Of a DNA stretch of 49,312 bases, positions 23,952 through 35,911 are shown in pieces. Positions within the stretch are counted from its first letter, which is position 1. Every line of letters starts with the position of its first letter. The position numbers and the translations under genes are program-made. This DNA is from Basidiobolus meristosporus CBS 931.73 (taxonomy: Eukaryota > Fungi > Basidiobolomycota): contig MCFE01000656.1 in NCBI GenBank assembly GCA_002104905.1, forward strand, positions 1-49,312, in the 5' to 3' direction. The notes beneath the pieces were generated by a model, which was given only the letters and a program-made list of their open reading frames with translations, was not told the origin of the DNA and did not search any database.

Positions 23952-24354
23952 ATTTCCCTATGTATACTTAATAAATAAGGCATTGTCAAACATATCTATT
24001 ATATTGGTTAGACTGAATCTGATGGAATGTTCCATCCTTGCCATGGTGCATGTAGCCGAATAATCGCCTCATAATCGGTGTATTGTTCGATAGGCGGTTT
24101 CAGTTCTATTAATAAATATTCCACACCTTAATCTGGGAAGTGTGATTGGCTAGACGAGATAGGATCTGGCTATCGAACAATCCGAGTTTAGGGCTTCCCT
24201 AGTTTGGATGTTGTCACAATGAGTTAATTATCTCTATTTCTGCCTGGCTCTTTTTTTCTTATCCTACTCCACTAACCCATCCGCATTTTCTGTTTACCCA
24301 CTCGTTACATTCATTCCATTAAAGCATTACCCACCATCCTTACTTGAAAGTTAC

Positions 24355-26647
24355 ATGAATTCTGTGGAGAAGCCCAGGAATTTCTCTCTGCCATTAGGTG
24401 AGCCGAAAAACTTTGCTCTTCGCAAAATCTCTGTCGGTGAGGAGGATAAACAATTGGATTCCACCATGTCGAGCCCACAGCAAGCTGCCTCCCCCGTCGT
24501 TGATGTGCAACCAGACCCCCAGACTGAAGCCCTCACCTCATCTACAAACGGCTCAGAGTCGCAGAGTGATGAGCCTACCACACCCATCCCTTCCAGATCA
24601 CCCACCATAAACTCAACCCACAGATCGAAGAAGTCTCTGTCTAGCCCAACAGAGGCTCCTTTCATGAAAAATGAGGAACTCGTGAAACACTTGGAGAAGG
24701 TGCAGAGCTTATCTCTAAATGATGATCCTGTCGAGGCCTCAAAGCAGGATATCTCCTCCATCTCCTCCTCAGCACCACATGAAGACACAACACCCTCTGT
24801 CGCACATCAAAATACCACCGAAGCATCCTTGCCACTCCCGCAATCCCCCGTCGCTCCAGATGTACCTATACCCAATGGTATTCTCCGACGCAAATCTCAG
24901 TCGAGTCAGCATTCTATTCGTTCGGTGGAAATCGAAGTCAACCCAGAAGGGGCACCCTATACCATCACCCACATGCCACCCCTTCCCAAAATAAATACCA
25001 ACCACTCGGACATTCTAAGCGACATACCCTCGCCCAAAGAGCACATTAGCAAGCGGATATCGCGCAGACTATCGATCAGACGAACTCTGCGTCGGAAGAA
25101 CACTGACGACGATGACTACGTTGCAATAGGTACTCGGGTGGACAAAAACCACAAGAACTACGTGCTTATGTACAACATGCTGACTGGGATCCGTGTTGCT
25201 GTCTCACGGTACACGGCGAAGGTGTGGCATGAGCTGACTCCGGAGGACTTCAGTGCTGCACATAAGCTGGCCTTTGATGTTGTCGGCAATGAAATGACTC
25301 CATCCTCACAATACGACTTCAAATTCAAGGACTACGCCCCCTGGGTGTTTCGACATCTGCGAACTCTGTTTGGAGTGGATTCGGCCGAGTATCTCATCTC
25401 GCTCACCAGTAAATACATCGTATCCGAGTTGGGATCTCCCGGCAAGAGCGGGAGCTTCTTCTACTACTCTCGCGACTATCGGTTCATCATCAAGACGATC
25501 CACCACGCGGAGCACAAGTTCTTGCGGAAAATCCTACCTCAGTACTACCAGCACGTCAAGGACAATCCGAACACACTTTTATGTCGGTTCTATGGGCTCC
25601 ACCGTGTCAAGCTTCCGCGCAGTCGCAAGATCCATTTCATTGTGATGGCCAACAACCTTCCCCCCAACAAGGATATCCACGAAACCTATGACTTGAAGGG
25701 GTCTTCCATCGGCCGTGAGCTCAGTGAAGACGCCCTGGCCAAGAACCCACACGGAGTCATGAAAGACATCAACTGGGAGAAGCGTGGGCGTAAGCTCGAG
25801 TTGGGACCCAACCGCAGGCAGTTGTTTGTTGATCAAATGATCAAAGACGTTGAGGTACAGTCACGACTTTGAGTGAACCGGGGGTTCTTCGAACTAACTC
25901 ATACTTGCTGTTCTTAGCTCTTGAAGAGACTGAACATCATGGACTACAGTCTCTTGGTTGGCTTGCATGATCGGATGCGTGGCAACCGAGACAACATACG
26001 GGACAACACGTTGTCTGTGTTCAAGGTAAGGTTTCCGCCTACAGCAAGCGCCGTTCCAGTCACTAATTAACCGCGTATCCAGCCAAACACAGTCAGACTG
26101 GAGAAGCAGCCCACCAACAAGCGAAAAACCGACCAGGCTGCCGTGGTCAGGAAGATGATTGTTGAGGCCGATCCGGTAGCACTTGGGCCTTCGTCCTCGG
26201 AGCTACCGGAAAACAGCTTCGAAGAGTAAGTAGAGTTTCCTTGGGCCGTATGCGGGATGCAAGTTGTCTCACACAAAGCTTATGTTCAGCCGACGCAACT
26301 GTATATTTTACCAGAACGATGGAGGGTTCGTTGGTCAGGATGAGGAGTCCAACCTGACCAACACCATTTTCTACGTTGGAATCATCGATATTCTTACGCC
26401 ATACAACTTGGTCAAGAGGATCGAGCATTATTGGAAAGCCCTAAGCTACGATGGGGTAGGTTATCACTGCATCCGAAGCCGTCGAACGAAACAACTCACG
26501 TCGTTTTTTTAGCGCGAGATCTCCGCAATCAAGGCGTCCAAATACGCTGAGCGATTCCTCAAATTCATGATCGGGGCAATCAAGCATAACGAGGACATTC
26601 ACATCCCACCCGAGCTTTTCTCCAGCCGCGAGAAGAAGGAGCAGTAA
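24355..26647 (+). CDS. MSS4: Phosphatidylinositol-4-phosphate 5-kinase (Mss4-like)
   Basis: [64 protein letters not shown] and GIIDILTPY. Confidence 0.95.
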
Positions 26648-26981
26648 TTGTATCTTTCCTGTAGCTCCACCCCGACCTAACCTAATCCACCCATATCAGC
26701 ATGTTACCCAAGATGCATTCCATTCCACCTTACCTTATCTCCTAACCCACCTACTGCTGTATATTTCCTCTAATCTTTACCTCATCTTTTCCCCGAGCTT
26801 CCCCCGAACCTGTACCATGGATGTTTATGAGCCATTAAAGCACCCCGATTTTGTCACCATTGATCCAACCCCAAAATTTAGTCCCAAGAAGGTGGGGTAG
26901 GTGTGGACGAGGGATAAGGATGCGGCAAAAAAAAGTGGTCTATATCGCGTCCTTCACATCGTTGTTTCCGACTAGACTAAG

Positions 26982-27512
26982 ATGTTCAGAGTATCCAAGG
27001 CTCTCTATAGCGTTGGCGTTCGCCACGCCAGTACCCTCAATACCGCTGCCGCCACCGAGAAGCTTGGTGTTGCTGCCAAGGCCGCCCAAGAGGTCGCAGC
27101 CAAGGGCTTCAAGAGCCTCCAGAGCACATCCTCCCGTTTCATCAGTACGTACCAGCCTTGGACTTTTCTTTAGCAGCTCCTCACCAGCACTGGTTACCGG
27201 TGTACGAGATATCGCACTATATTGACCACTTTTTCGGCTTTTCTAGACATGACTGGCCCCGTCGGCTACAATCTGCAAGTTGCCAAGGAGATTGCCAAGC
27301 AGGTCTACGTCAAGGAAGGGCTTGCTCCCCCAACCTCTGCACAACTCCACCAAGCCAAGGAACAGTTCCAGCGCTCCTTGGATTGGACCATCATTCGTGA
27401 GATGTCCCTCAAGGAGGTGGCCCAAAAGGCCGTGGTCGGTGTCGAGATAGCTGGATTCTTTTTCATTGGAGAGGTGATTGGCAGAAGAAGCCTTATCGGC
27501 TACGATGTCTAA
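26982..27512 (+). CDS. ATP20: Mitochondrial ATP synthase subunit g
   Basis: Presequence-like N-terminus, then YNLQVAKEIAKQVYVKEGLAPPT...GVEIAGFFFIGEVIGRRSLIGY. Two introns. Confidence 0.93.
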
Positions 27513-27730
27513 CCATCTCGCCAGTTCTTGTTCGGAGACCGTCAATAGAATAGGTCGTCCTCCGCCTAGCCACCCAACGTTCATCCCCTTGAACCTCGCT
27601 AATTGCAGCATTTCATTAGATACCAACCGTAAGCTCTGAACCCCCAACACCCAACCCCCAACCCTCAATCCCATATAGCATTTCCACAATAAAATCAACC
27701 AAAGCAATGTCAGCGGGTAATCAAAATTTA

Positions 27731-30700
27731 TTATGAACTGGACTTGCCAGAAAATCCCGATATTAACTGGGCCACGCTCAGCTCGGCTGCAGAAGGTAAT
27801 GGTGAGCTGGTGATGATCTGGGGTGGTAAATGACACGAACATACCTTGAGAGATGGTTAGCTCCGCCTCTAGTTCGGCGATCCTTTCGGTACTGGCGTTT
27901 TGCTCATCTAGACGGAGCTTCCGCTCCTTCTCCAGCTGTTGCTCCAATTCCTTGATCCTAGCACTCTCCGAGGTGGTCCGACCCTTGGCCACCTCCTCGC
28001 TCGATCCCACGTGGAGGCCGTTTCCCTTGCCGGAGGCTGAGCTGACCTCGGCCTTTTCGAACAAGCTTAATTCCATCTTGCGAATGACGTTCCTTAGCTC
28101 GGCGATCAGGTTCTTGTTGTCCTTAACCTCCTCCTCCAGCTCCGTGATCACCTGGCGCTGCTCCTCCAGCTCTCGGCTCATCTCCTGGTACTCCTCGGTC
28201 GTGGTGAATTCCAGCTCCGCGTTCTCCTTGAGGCTCTTGAGTTGCTCCTCCAATGAGGTGATCTTCGTCTCCTGCTGGTCCGTGACCTTCTCGAACTCCT
28301 GGACCAGTTTCTGGAGCCTCAAGACCTCCTGACCTTCCTCTTCCTGGCCCTCCTTGGCCGCCGAGCGGACTCCCTGATCGTCGGGCTTGGGGAGGGCCTG
28401 GAATTTCTCCACGATCTCCATGGTGCCGAGGCTTTTGATGAGGGTTTCGACCTCAGTGATGTAGTCATCCTTGCACGAGATGGAGGCTATCAGGGTTTTG
28501 ATTGTGTTGTTCTTCTGTCCGAGCTCCTGCTCCAACTGTGCCGATTTCTGGTGATGAAAATCCCTGGTTAAATAGATACCGCGCCGACTTATTTTCCACC
28601 TACCTTATCGACTTCGTTGACCGCCATGTTGCTTAGACCGAAGTTGACCGAGGTTGGGCGATAATGCTAGCGACAAGGTGTGAGTGCGATTACGCGACAT
28701 CGATGAGCAATGGGAAAGAACTTACGCGTTTGGTACGGTCCAGCAACACCTTCGGTGAGATGGAATTCGAGGTTAGGATAAGCTTGGTAAGGTGATCGAT
28801 TCTCTCCTTGAGCGAGGTACGGGCAAGCTGGGCCTCCATAAGGTCCTCCTCATACTAAATTCACACCGATGGGGTTAGCACGCACGGCTCTTCTGTGATG
28901 CCAACCGCCGGTTTACCTTTCTCTTCTCTTCTTTCAGCTGGGACAGCTCCGCTTCCTTGTCCTTGATGAACGCCTCGTTAGTATGCATCAGCTTGGCCTT
29001 CAACTCCATGATCTCCATTTTGTACTTCTGCAGCAGCGCTTTGTCGTCCATGACCTGTGGTTGATGAATCCAGTTAGTCGGAAAGTGGACCCCGGAGCTC
29101 CCCGTCACTTGCCAACCTACCTGGGTGGTTTCGGCGCGGGTGACCACTTTTTTGACCTTCGCGGCGAACTTCAGAGTGTTGTTGCTCTCCTCGAGGTTGA
29201 TTCCGGAGGGGCTGATGGTGCAGGTGACGGCGACGCGGGAGTTGCCGCTCAAGGCGGACTGTAGTATCCGAGTGAGCTTGGAGTCTCGATAGGGGATGTG
29301 GCCACTAATAACTCTCTTAGTCGGAGCTGAGCGATTCGACGCTGGAGACAACATTACCTCTTGTCTTCGGTGAGCTTCGAGATGACGTTTCCTAAGGTTA
29401 GCAGACTGTCTTTGGTTAGTACGTAAGCGGCCTCGCAGGAAGTCGGTGGACCCGCTACCTCTTATTGATGTATGCGCTTTCCTTGCGTCGATCCACTGAA
29501 CTCGATGCCTTCTCAGAACCAGCCAGGTCGATCAAGTTCTATTCAAGATGATCAGCTTGGGTGCCAATGGTACGGCTCGCGTGTATCACCTACCAGGAGA
29601 GATATCTTCACCCCACCTCCAAGTGAGCTTTTGCCAGAGGCGAACCTTCGAGAGACAGGGGTCATCCGGCCTGCGGCAGAGCGGGGGTCACGGCTTTCTA
29701 TCACCTTTCGGACGGAAACGGAGGTCGGATTCAGGCTTGGGTTTGTTCAACGACGAGGGCTCCAAATCACTTACCATTTGAAAGATCGTGTGGGATCGAC
29801 TACTGTGCTCGTTGTAGTCCGTCGCGCTGATGTGTCGATTGGCTGGACAATGGATGTAAGCAGGGGCATCTCAATGGCGAGCGGTTTGGGCTACGAACCT
29901 TCGCCTCGCTGGATGACCTTCATGACTTGCTTGGGTGAGGTGACGATCTCCTCCCGCAACGGACTGACATACACCCCTCGCTTGGAAACGTTAGCTACTT
30001 GACGCCGCTCCAAGCAAAGAAACATACCCGCTTGTCCTCATGGATCCGGAGATCCGTGACCTCGGGCGACAGAAGGTCCCGGATCGTCTCGTTGTAGATC
30101 TCCATGTAGGAGACTCGCAAAAGAAACTCTCGATTGCCCGCAGTCTAGATGAACCGTGTGAACGGGGCTGGCTGCTAGCCTTGCTGGAGATGGGGGGCCA
30201 CCTACCTCTTTGATATAATGAAACACATCCTCCACTGCTTGGGGGATCACACCTGGCTGCGAATCGACACCTAACAAACGCCCGAAATTAGAACTCCCCG
30301 ACGCAACGTCCAGGCCAACAAACTCCCCACAAACCTGTCTGAAGAAAGAAAGTTCAGGGTCAGTGAGAGGAACCAGTGGTCCCAAACGAATACACAACCG
30401 CCTACCATTGTCTAAAGCCCCGCCGAGAAGGTCCTCTGTTGGTTAGTATCGTTGAAGGAATCACAATCAAGTGACTTGAAGGCTCACGTATGTTTTTCCA
30501 GAGGCGGTTTGACCGTATGCAAACACCGTGCCGTTGTACCCCTCCATGGTGGATCTTTGGCGGGGTTGGGTTCAGTGGTGGTGAGCGGGGGTTAAAGGGG
30601 GGGGTGAAGAGTAACACTGACCTGACTACTTCTCTAACGCATCGTTCGTACAGCAAGCGATTGTCGCTTCCGATCAACACCGCATCTACAGTGAGGACGA

Positions 30701-31033
30701 GGGTGAGGGTTAGGGTTTGCGGTGGTTGGTTGGAAATGGGCGCTCCGCCGACTGACCGTATGTATACTCGGGTGTTTGCTTCTTCTGTTTGGCCGCATAC
30801 TCGGCGTTCAACGAAAGTTTCCCAAGGACTGTATCGGTCTCCCAGATATCCGAGCCAGGCTTACTCAGCTCTGAGGCGCTTGGCGGGCGAACCCTCACCG
30901 CAACATGAACGTTCTCGCTCCTGGAGCCAGGGGCGCTGCTCACGCCGGTGCTGGTGGAGGTGGAGGTGATGGAGGAGGCGTACGAGCTTGACGAGCTCGA
31001 GCGGGTGCGTGGGCTGTTGGGGGGTAGGGACAT
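27731..31033 (-). CDS. Kinesin-7 (Kip2/CENP-E-like) motor protein with C-terminal coiled coils
   Basis: ENVHVAVRVRP, FAYGQTASGKT, RVSYMEIYNETIRDLL, LIDLAGSE and HIPYRDSKLTRILQSALSGN. Many introns, including two micro-exons (see findings). The subfamily call is by resemblance. Confidence 0.9.
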
Positions 31034-31644
31034 TTCCAGCAGAGGTAAGTAAGGAAGAGGGTCTGGACGCAAGAATTCCCTGGGGAAAGTGGTGGTTTGG
31101 TTGGTTTATTGGGCCTCGGAAAAGGTTGGTTGGCTCCCACTGGAGAGGAACTTGGTTTTGGGAGAATTCCCTGACTATTCTACTCATCATCAATTTCGAC
31201 TTAAGCCAAAATAGGGGATTTCTTCCATGAATGGTGGTAGTTGGTGGGTTAGGTGGTTGGTATCTCGCATTTGTTTATCTCCTGGATGCTGACCGCCCAC
31301 CGCTTACATCATTCACGGAATCAAAAAATTTCCGCTTCATTATGGGATTGTGGTAATATGGGGATTGTGGCCGTGGTGGGAGCGGAGGTGGAGGTGGAAG
31401 CGGCGACGGTGGTGGTGTGATGTGGTATGGAAAGTCAACCTCTGGGAACCAGATTTTTCAACTACGGAAAAAGATGCTGAAGGAAAAAAGAATATACATC
31501 GATTGAAAGTGGTGACTGGGGCGTCTTAAAGATAATAGGAAACGTCTAAACAACTGGGAAAGGTTGGGTTGGGTTGGGTTGAAAGGGGTGGGGTGGGGGA
31601 GGGAGGAGGTAGTCTAGAAAGAAACGGCCTGCCAACGGACAGGT

Positions 31645-32147
31645 TCAATGCTTCAACGGACCGATGGGTTCTGCTCGGATATTGTCGTAATCAATCTCCT
31701 CGTCCTGGGCTTCATCCAGCTCGCCAATGAAGATACTAAATAGAGTGTGGGTCAGTCAGGTTCCTTCGGGTTAACGTATGCTGGTGGGGTAAATTACATG
31801 CTATCTCCTCGCAACAGGTACAGCCCCAAGGGAATCTTCTCGACACCGCTATCGGAAGAGAATACACGCTCGTGACAGCTCTTCATGATGACATTGGTCG
31901 TTTGATCGAAGCCTGCGAAGGTGCCCTACAAATGGAAAGATGGCCGGTCAGCCCCGGTACAGGGTTTGCTTGTTGCCAGGCGTAGGTAGAGCGCCACCTA
32001 CCACAATGATCCGTCCATCGGTAGTTAACACAGTGACTGTTTCTAAGAGGTGGAGTCAAGGGATAGATACAATCTTTAGCAGGCTCAGTTCTGGTCTATG
32101 GATTCAAAGAAAAGGATACGATTGACGTATGATTGAAGCTCCGACAT
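31645..32147 (-). CDS. LSM8: U6 snRNA-associated Sm-like protein Lsm8
   Basis: MSELQSYVN...VTVLTTDGRIIV-GTFAGFDQTTNVIMKSCHERVFS...PLGLYLLRGD...IGELDE. Confidence 0.93.
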
Positions 32148-32470
32148 GTTCAACGGTGGTTGCTGCTCTCCTGTGGGGTCAAGTCGATTATATTCAGAAA
32201 ATGCAACAAAAAAAATTAAGTATTGTTTGTCTTCATACACCATCCAGAAATGCCGCCCACTTCAATCAATAGGTCGTGAATCGATCAATGATTGATCGTT
32301 CTCGAAGTTGGGTGATGTTAATCGTTGTTGAACAGAAAACCACAATGCTACTGTTGAGTGGCAATTCAATTGTCAAGTAGTAATTTGAATAGAAAATCCC
32401 AATCAATCCATGGATCCGTAGATTTTATTAACATCACGACGATTACAAGCGGTCTAAACTACACGAGAGA

Positions 32471-33076
32471 TTAATAGAAAGTAGAGGGACGCTTGGCAAT
32501 GAAGAGGCTACGGTTGGCCTTGTCGGCGGGGCGAGCAACGCGATGGGGAAGAGGGAAGCGAAGCTTGGGCACCATAAGTTGCTTAATGTATGGACGACGA
32601 ACGTCGGCGTTGGCGACCTCAGCAACACGAATGATTTGGATGGATCTGAAGCGAGCGCGGTGACGAGCGGCCATATCTTGGTAGCAAGCCTCAACGGCAT
32701 CGTTACGGGTCAACTCACGGTATTCCTTGTACATGTTGTGGGTACCGGAGCGAGAGTCGTAACGAAGCCAGATACCGAAGGTCTTGATCTTCAAGGGGTT
32801 CTTCTCGAAGATCTCGTTGAGGGAAACGATCTCACCGGCAGCCTTCTTGACCTTCTTGAGCTTGGTCAAGAAATACCAGAAACGGCTCTTGGCAACGACT
32901 TCGTTGGGGGCGAAGATTCTCATTCTGAAGAGTCTGGGGACGGGCTCCTTCTCGGAGGGGAGCTTACGGCCGATGATCTGATATTCGTGCAACTAGAGAG
33001 GCAAAACTAAAGGTGAGAATGGCATTCGAGATAGATGGCCGCTCGCTTCCTATGGATGAATACTTACTCTACCCAT
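32471..33076 (-). CDS. RPL20: 60S ribosomal protein eL20 (L18a; yeast L20)
   Basis: MGR, an intron, then [12 protein letters not shown]...AKSRFWYFL...[18 protein letters not shown]...FPLPHR. Confidence 0.98.
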
Positions 33077-33216
33077 GGTTGGCTTCAATAAATCAAACAA
33101 TGCGCCTGAAAGAGGAAGAGAAGTGTGCCCGGTGAAAATTCTAATTTATTTGAGGGTTTTCCACTGGATCTTTTCCGCACAAATCATGAATGATCTTGGC
33201 CCGATCGAATATGCAC

Positions 33217-33227
33217 GAAAATTTTTC
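33217..33227 (+). promoter_or_regulatory. RRPE-like motif (GAAAATTTTTC) in the RPL20/TIM9 divergent promoter
   Basis: Sequence match within a 230-bp head-to-head intergenic region. Function is inferred. Confidence 0.3.
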
Positions 33228-33306
33228 TAGCTTGATAGCTGAGCAAAGTTCCCGTTGAGGCCTATCGATAGTGAAGACTTTCCTCTTCTCAGCCCGCACA
33301 GCAACC

Positions 33307-33712
33307 ATGGATTTCAGTCAATTCTCGCCCGCTGAACGCTCCCACATGGAGCAGCTTATCCAGCAAAAGCAAGTAAGTGAACTTCTATGCAGCGCTTGGC
33401 CCCCCCAGCGAGACTGACTTGATTGCGGTAGATGAAAGATTTCATGCGCTTGTACACTGGCTTGGTTCAAAGATGCTTCGAGAACTGCGCACACAACATG
33501 AAGGCTACTTCCATCAACGCCGAAGAGGTATTGTTTAGAGAGGGTGGCGGCTGCTAAGGCCACGGGTACTTATCTTCTATATTTGGATATGTTAGGAAAC
33601 CTGCGTCAACCGTTGCATCGACAAATTCATGAAGCACTCGGAGCGTGTTGGCCAACGCTTTGCTGAACAAAACGCTTTGTTGACACAACAGCTCAGCGAA
33701 CAGCAAAAGTAA
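33307..33712 (+). CDS. TIM9: Mitochondrial small Tim chaperone Tim9
   Basis: Three exons give [41 protein letters not shown]...[27 protein letters not shown], with a twin CX3C motif. Confidence 0.95.
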
Positions 33713-34063
33713 ACCAACCCCCCTCATTTCTATATATGCATTCAATCTTTCTTCTGTAGCTTCTCATCATTATCAAGCGAAGATTTAGCAATTGTCGTTT
33801 GTTAGACTCATTCCATGTATCTTTATTTCTTCATTGAGTTAATCGTTTGGAATTAAAAGTCGTCTTCATTCACCCCAGATATTTGGTTGGAAGATACCCA
33901 GTGACTTGAGAATTCTATGGACACCCTGTTGGCGGAAGAAGAACAACGAAAGATTGACAGTAGGAACCTTGCTTTATGGGGTTTCGAAAAGGGAGCTGAT
34001 TCGTGTGATGTGATAAGAGTCTTCATACTGCATCATGGGTAGAAGGGCGATTTCAAGGTGGAT

Positions 34064-35615
34064 TTATTCCCAATCACTCCAGTCATCTTCCTCGGCTCCA
34101 TCCTCGTTCTACATACCACAACAAGATCAGTTTGGTCTGGTTCAACTGGGGTCTCTGCTTGTAGATATTCGCTTACCTGCTTGGGCTTCTCCTTTTTCGC
34201 TTTAGGGGCGTCGCTCTTTGACTTGCCCTCTTGGACCAATTCAAAGCTTTCTTCGGATTTTCTAGGGTTTGGCCCTGTGCTGAGCTGAGGTGACTTGCTC
34301 TCTTCAGGCACCACCCCGTCCTCATCGTTAGCCGCTGTGATCTCCTCTTTGTCTGATGTATGAGGAGTATCATCTTGCTTCTGCTCAGTATCTTCTGATT
34401 TCTCCTGGCTTTCCTGTGCCTCGGATTTGGCTTGGTCGGCATCATCATTATCGTTCTCGTTCTCGTTCTCATCATCGTCGTCGTCCCAGTTGAAAAGCTC
34501 CTCTTCCTCGTTGTTGACGGCTGCGTCTGAATGGAAAGTTGAGCAATTGTAACATGAAAATCTGCTGAGAAACAGAAATACCGTTAACTAGCTGCTTTCT
34601 CTTTTCCTCTTTCTCGTCAATCTCGAACACTCGGAAATAATAACGAAGCCAAAACTTCTCATAAGGCACATGGGTGGGGACTTGATGAATCCAGCATTAG
34701 ATGGGCATGATGCATTTAGAGCTCGAAGAGTCTCTGCTTCTATCCAAATTGTACATACCGATTTGCTGCATCAACTCTTGGAGCTCAGGGTTGGCCTTTA
34801 ATAGCTCGGAAATCTCGTCCGTATAGTCTGTAACCTCAAACGTCTCGGAGAATTGCTTGAACTTCTCCACATCCTCAGCATCGGCATTCTCTTCGGTTGT
34901 AGGATCAGATAGATAAGTCTCTTCTTTTAGTCGAATCAGAGAGAGTTGAACCTCTTTACGATCCATGCTACACAATCGTGTTAAAGAGTTGACTACTAAG
35001 GGGGCATGGAATCCTGGCTTACATTATGATTTTCTTGGACGAATCTTCTTCCTCCTCCTCCAGATGCTCTTCTTCAGTTGGGGTTATGACGATTGCATCT
35101 GAAATGAATTTGCTTAATCCGCTGCCCCACCTGCTTACAAATTGTTCGGCCGTCTTGGTTGAAGCACCAATCAACCTGGAGGTCGTTTTCAATGCCGGTG
35201 GTAGGTTCTGGCTGGTCTCCTCATCTTGTAAAGTGGTCTTGAGATCGGAGATCTTCTTGGTCAGAGAGCCAAAAGTTTGGGTGGTGTCCGCGGCAACCAC
35301 TGAGGCGAATTCGCTGATGTCTTTCTTGTAAACGTTCACAACATCTTCGGACTGATAGAAACTGCGGTTAAAATCTCCCAGAATAATTTTCTCTCACGCT
35401 GCGTGGGATTCAAGCTAATCTATCCTTACTTGTTTTTTGGCCTTTTCAATGGCCTTGGTTAAGGTTCCTCCCCAACCGAAGGAACTGAAAGAAGGGAGAC
35501 TGAGTCCAGAATCTTCTGCTTCCCCCTCTTTTTGTTTTCCCTTTGACTCCCCTGGATCGGTTCCACTCTCTTCATTTGCCTCACGCAAGACGTAGAAAAA
35601 TGAATCATCCATCAT
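34064..35615 (-). CDS. BSD-domain protein (Dos2/SYAP1-like)
   Basis: TYLSDP...YTDEISELLKANPELQELMQQI...YEKFWLRYYFRVFEI, followed by an acidic tail ending DDWSDWE. Confidence 0.85.
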
Positions 35616-35911
35616 CTTTTCTGTTTGCAACTTGACGTTCACAGTTTAATCGATTCCAAGATGAATTCATTGATAACCTCAAAACATCACGTGCTCACAG
35701 CTGAGTAAATGCACCGCACCAATTATTGGGAAACAAATTAAACTTCATAGAATGATGGATGAATTTCGATTTACGATGAGTTCTGGGAAAAGCCACCATC
35801 GTCTATGGGAAGATTTTTCCTGAATCCAACTGACAAATTTTGAGGTGAAGTGAATCCGGCAATTTCACTCTGGCGAGGACAGCCTTCCATTCGGATATAC
35901 ATCTTCGCAAT

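Noticed and set aside
27243-28535. 430-aa ORF apparently overlapping ATP20 antisense
   Set aside because: It is a kinesin coiled-coil exon that happens to read through an intron and 3' UTR. The spliced kinesin stops at 27731.
35687-35693. TCACGTG E-box in the BSD/MEF2 divergent promoter
   Set aside because: Single occurrence with no supporting context.
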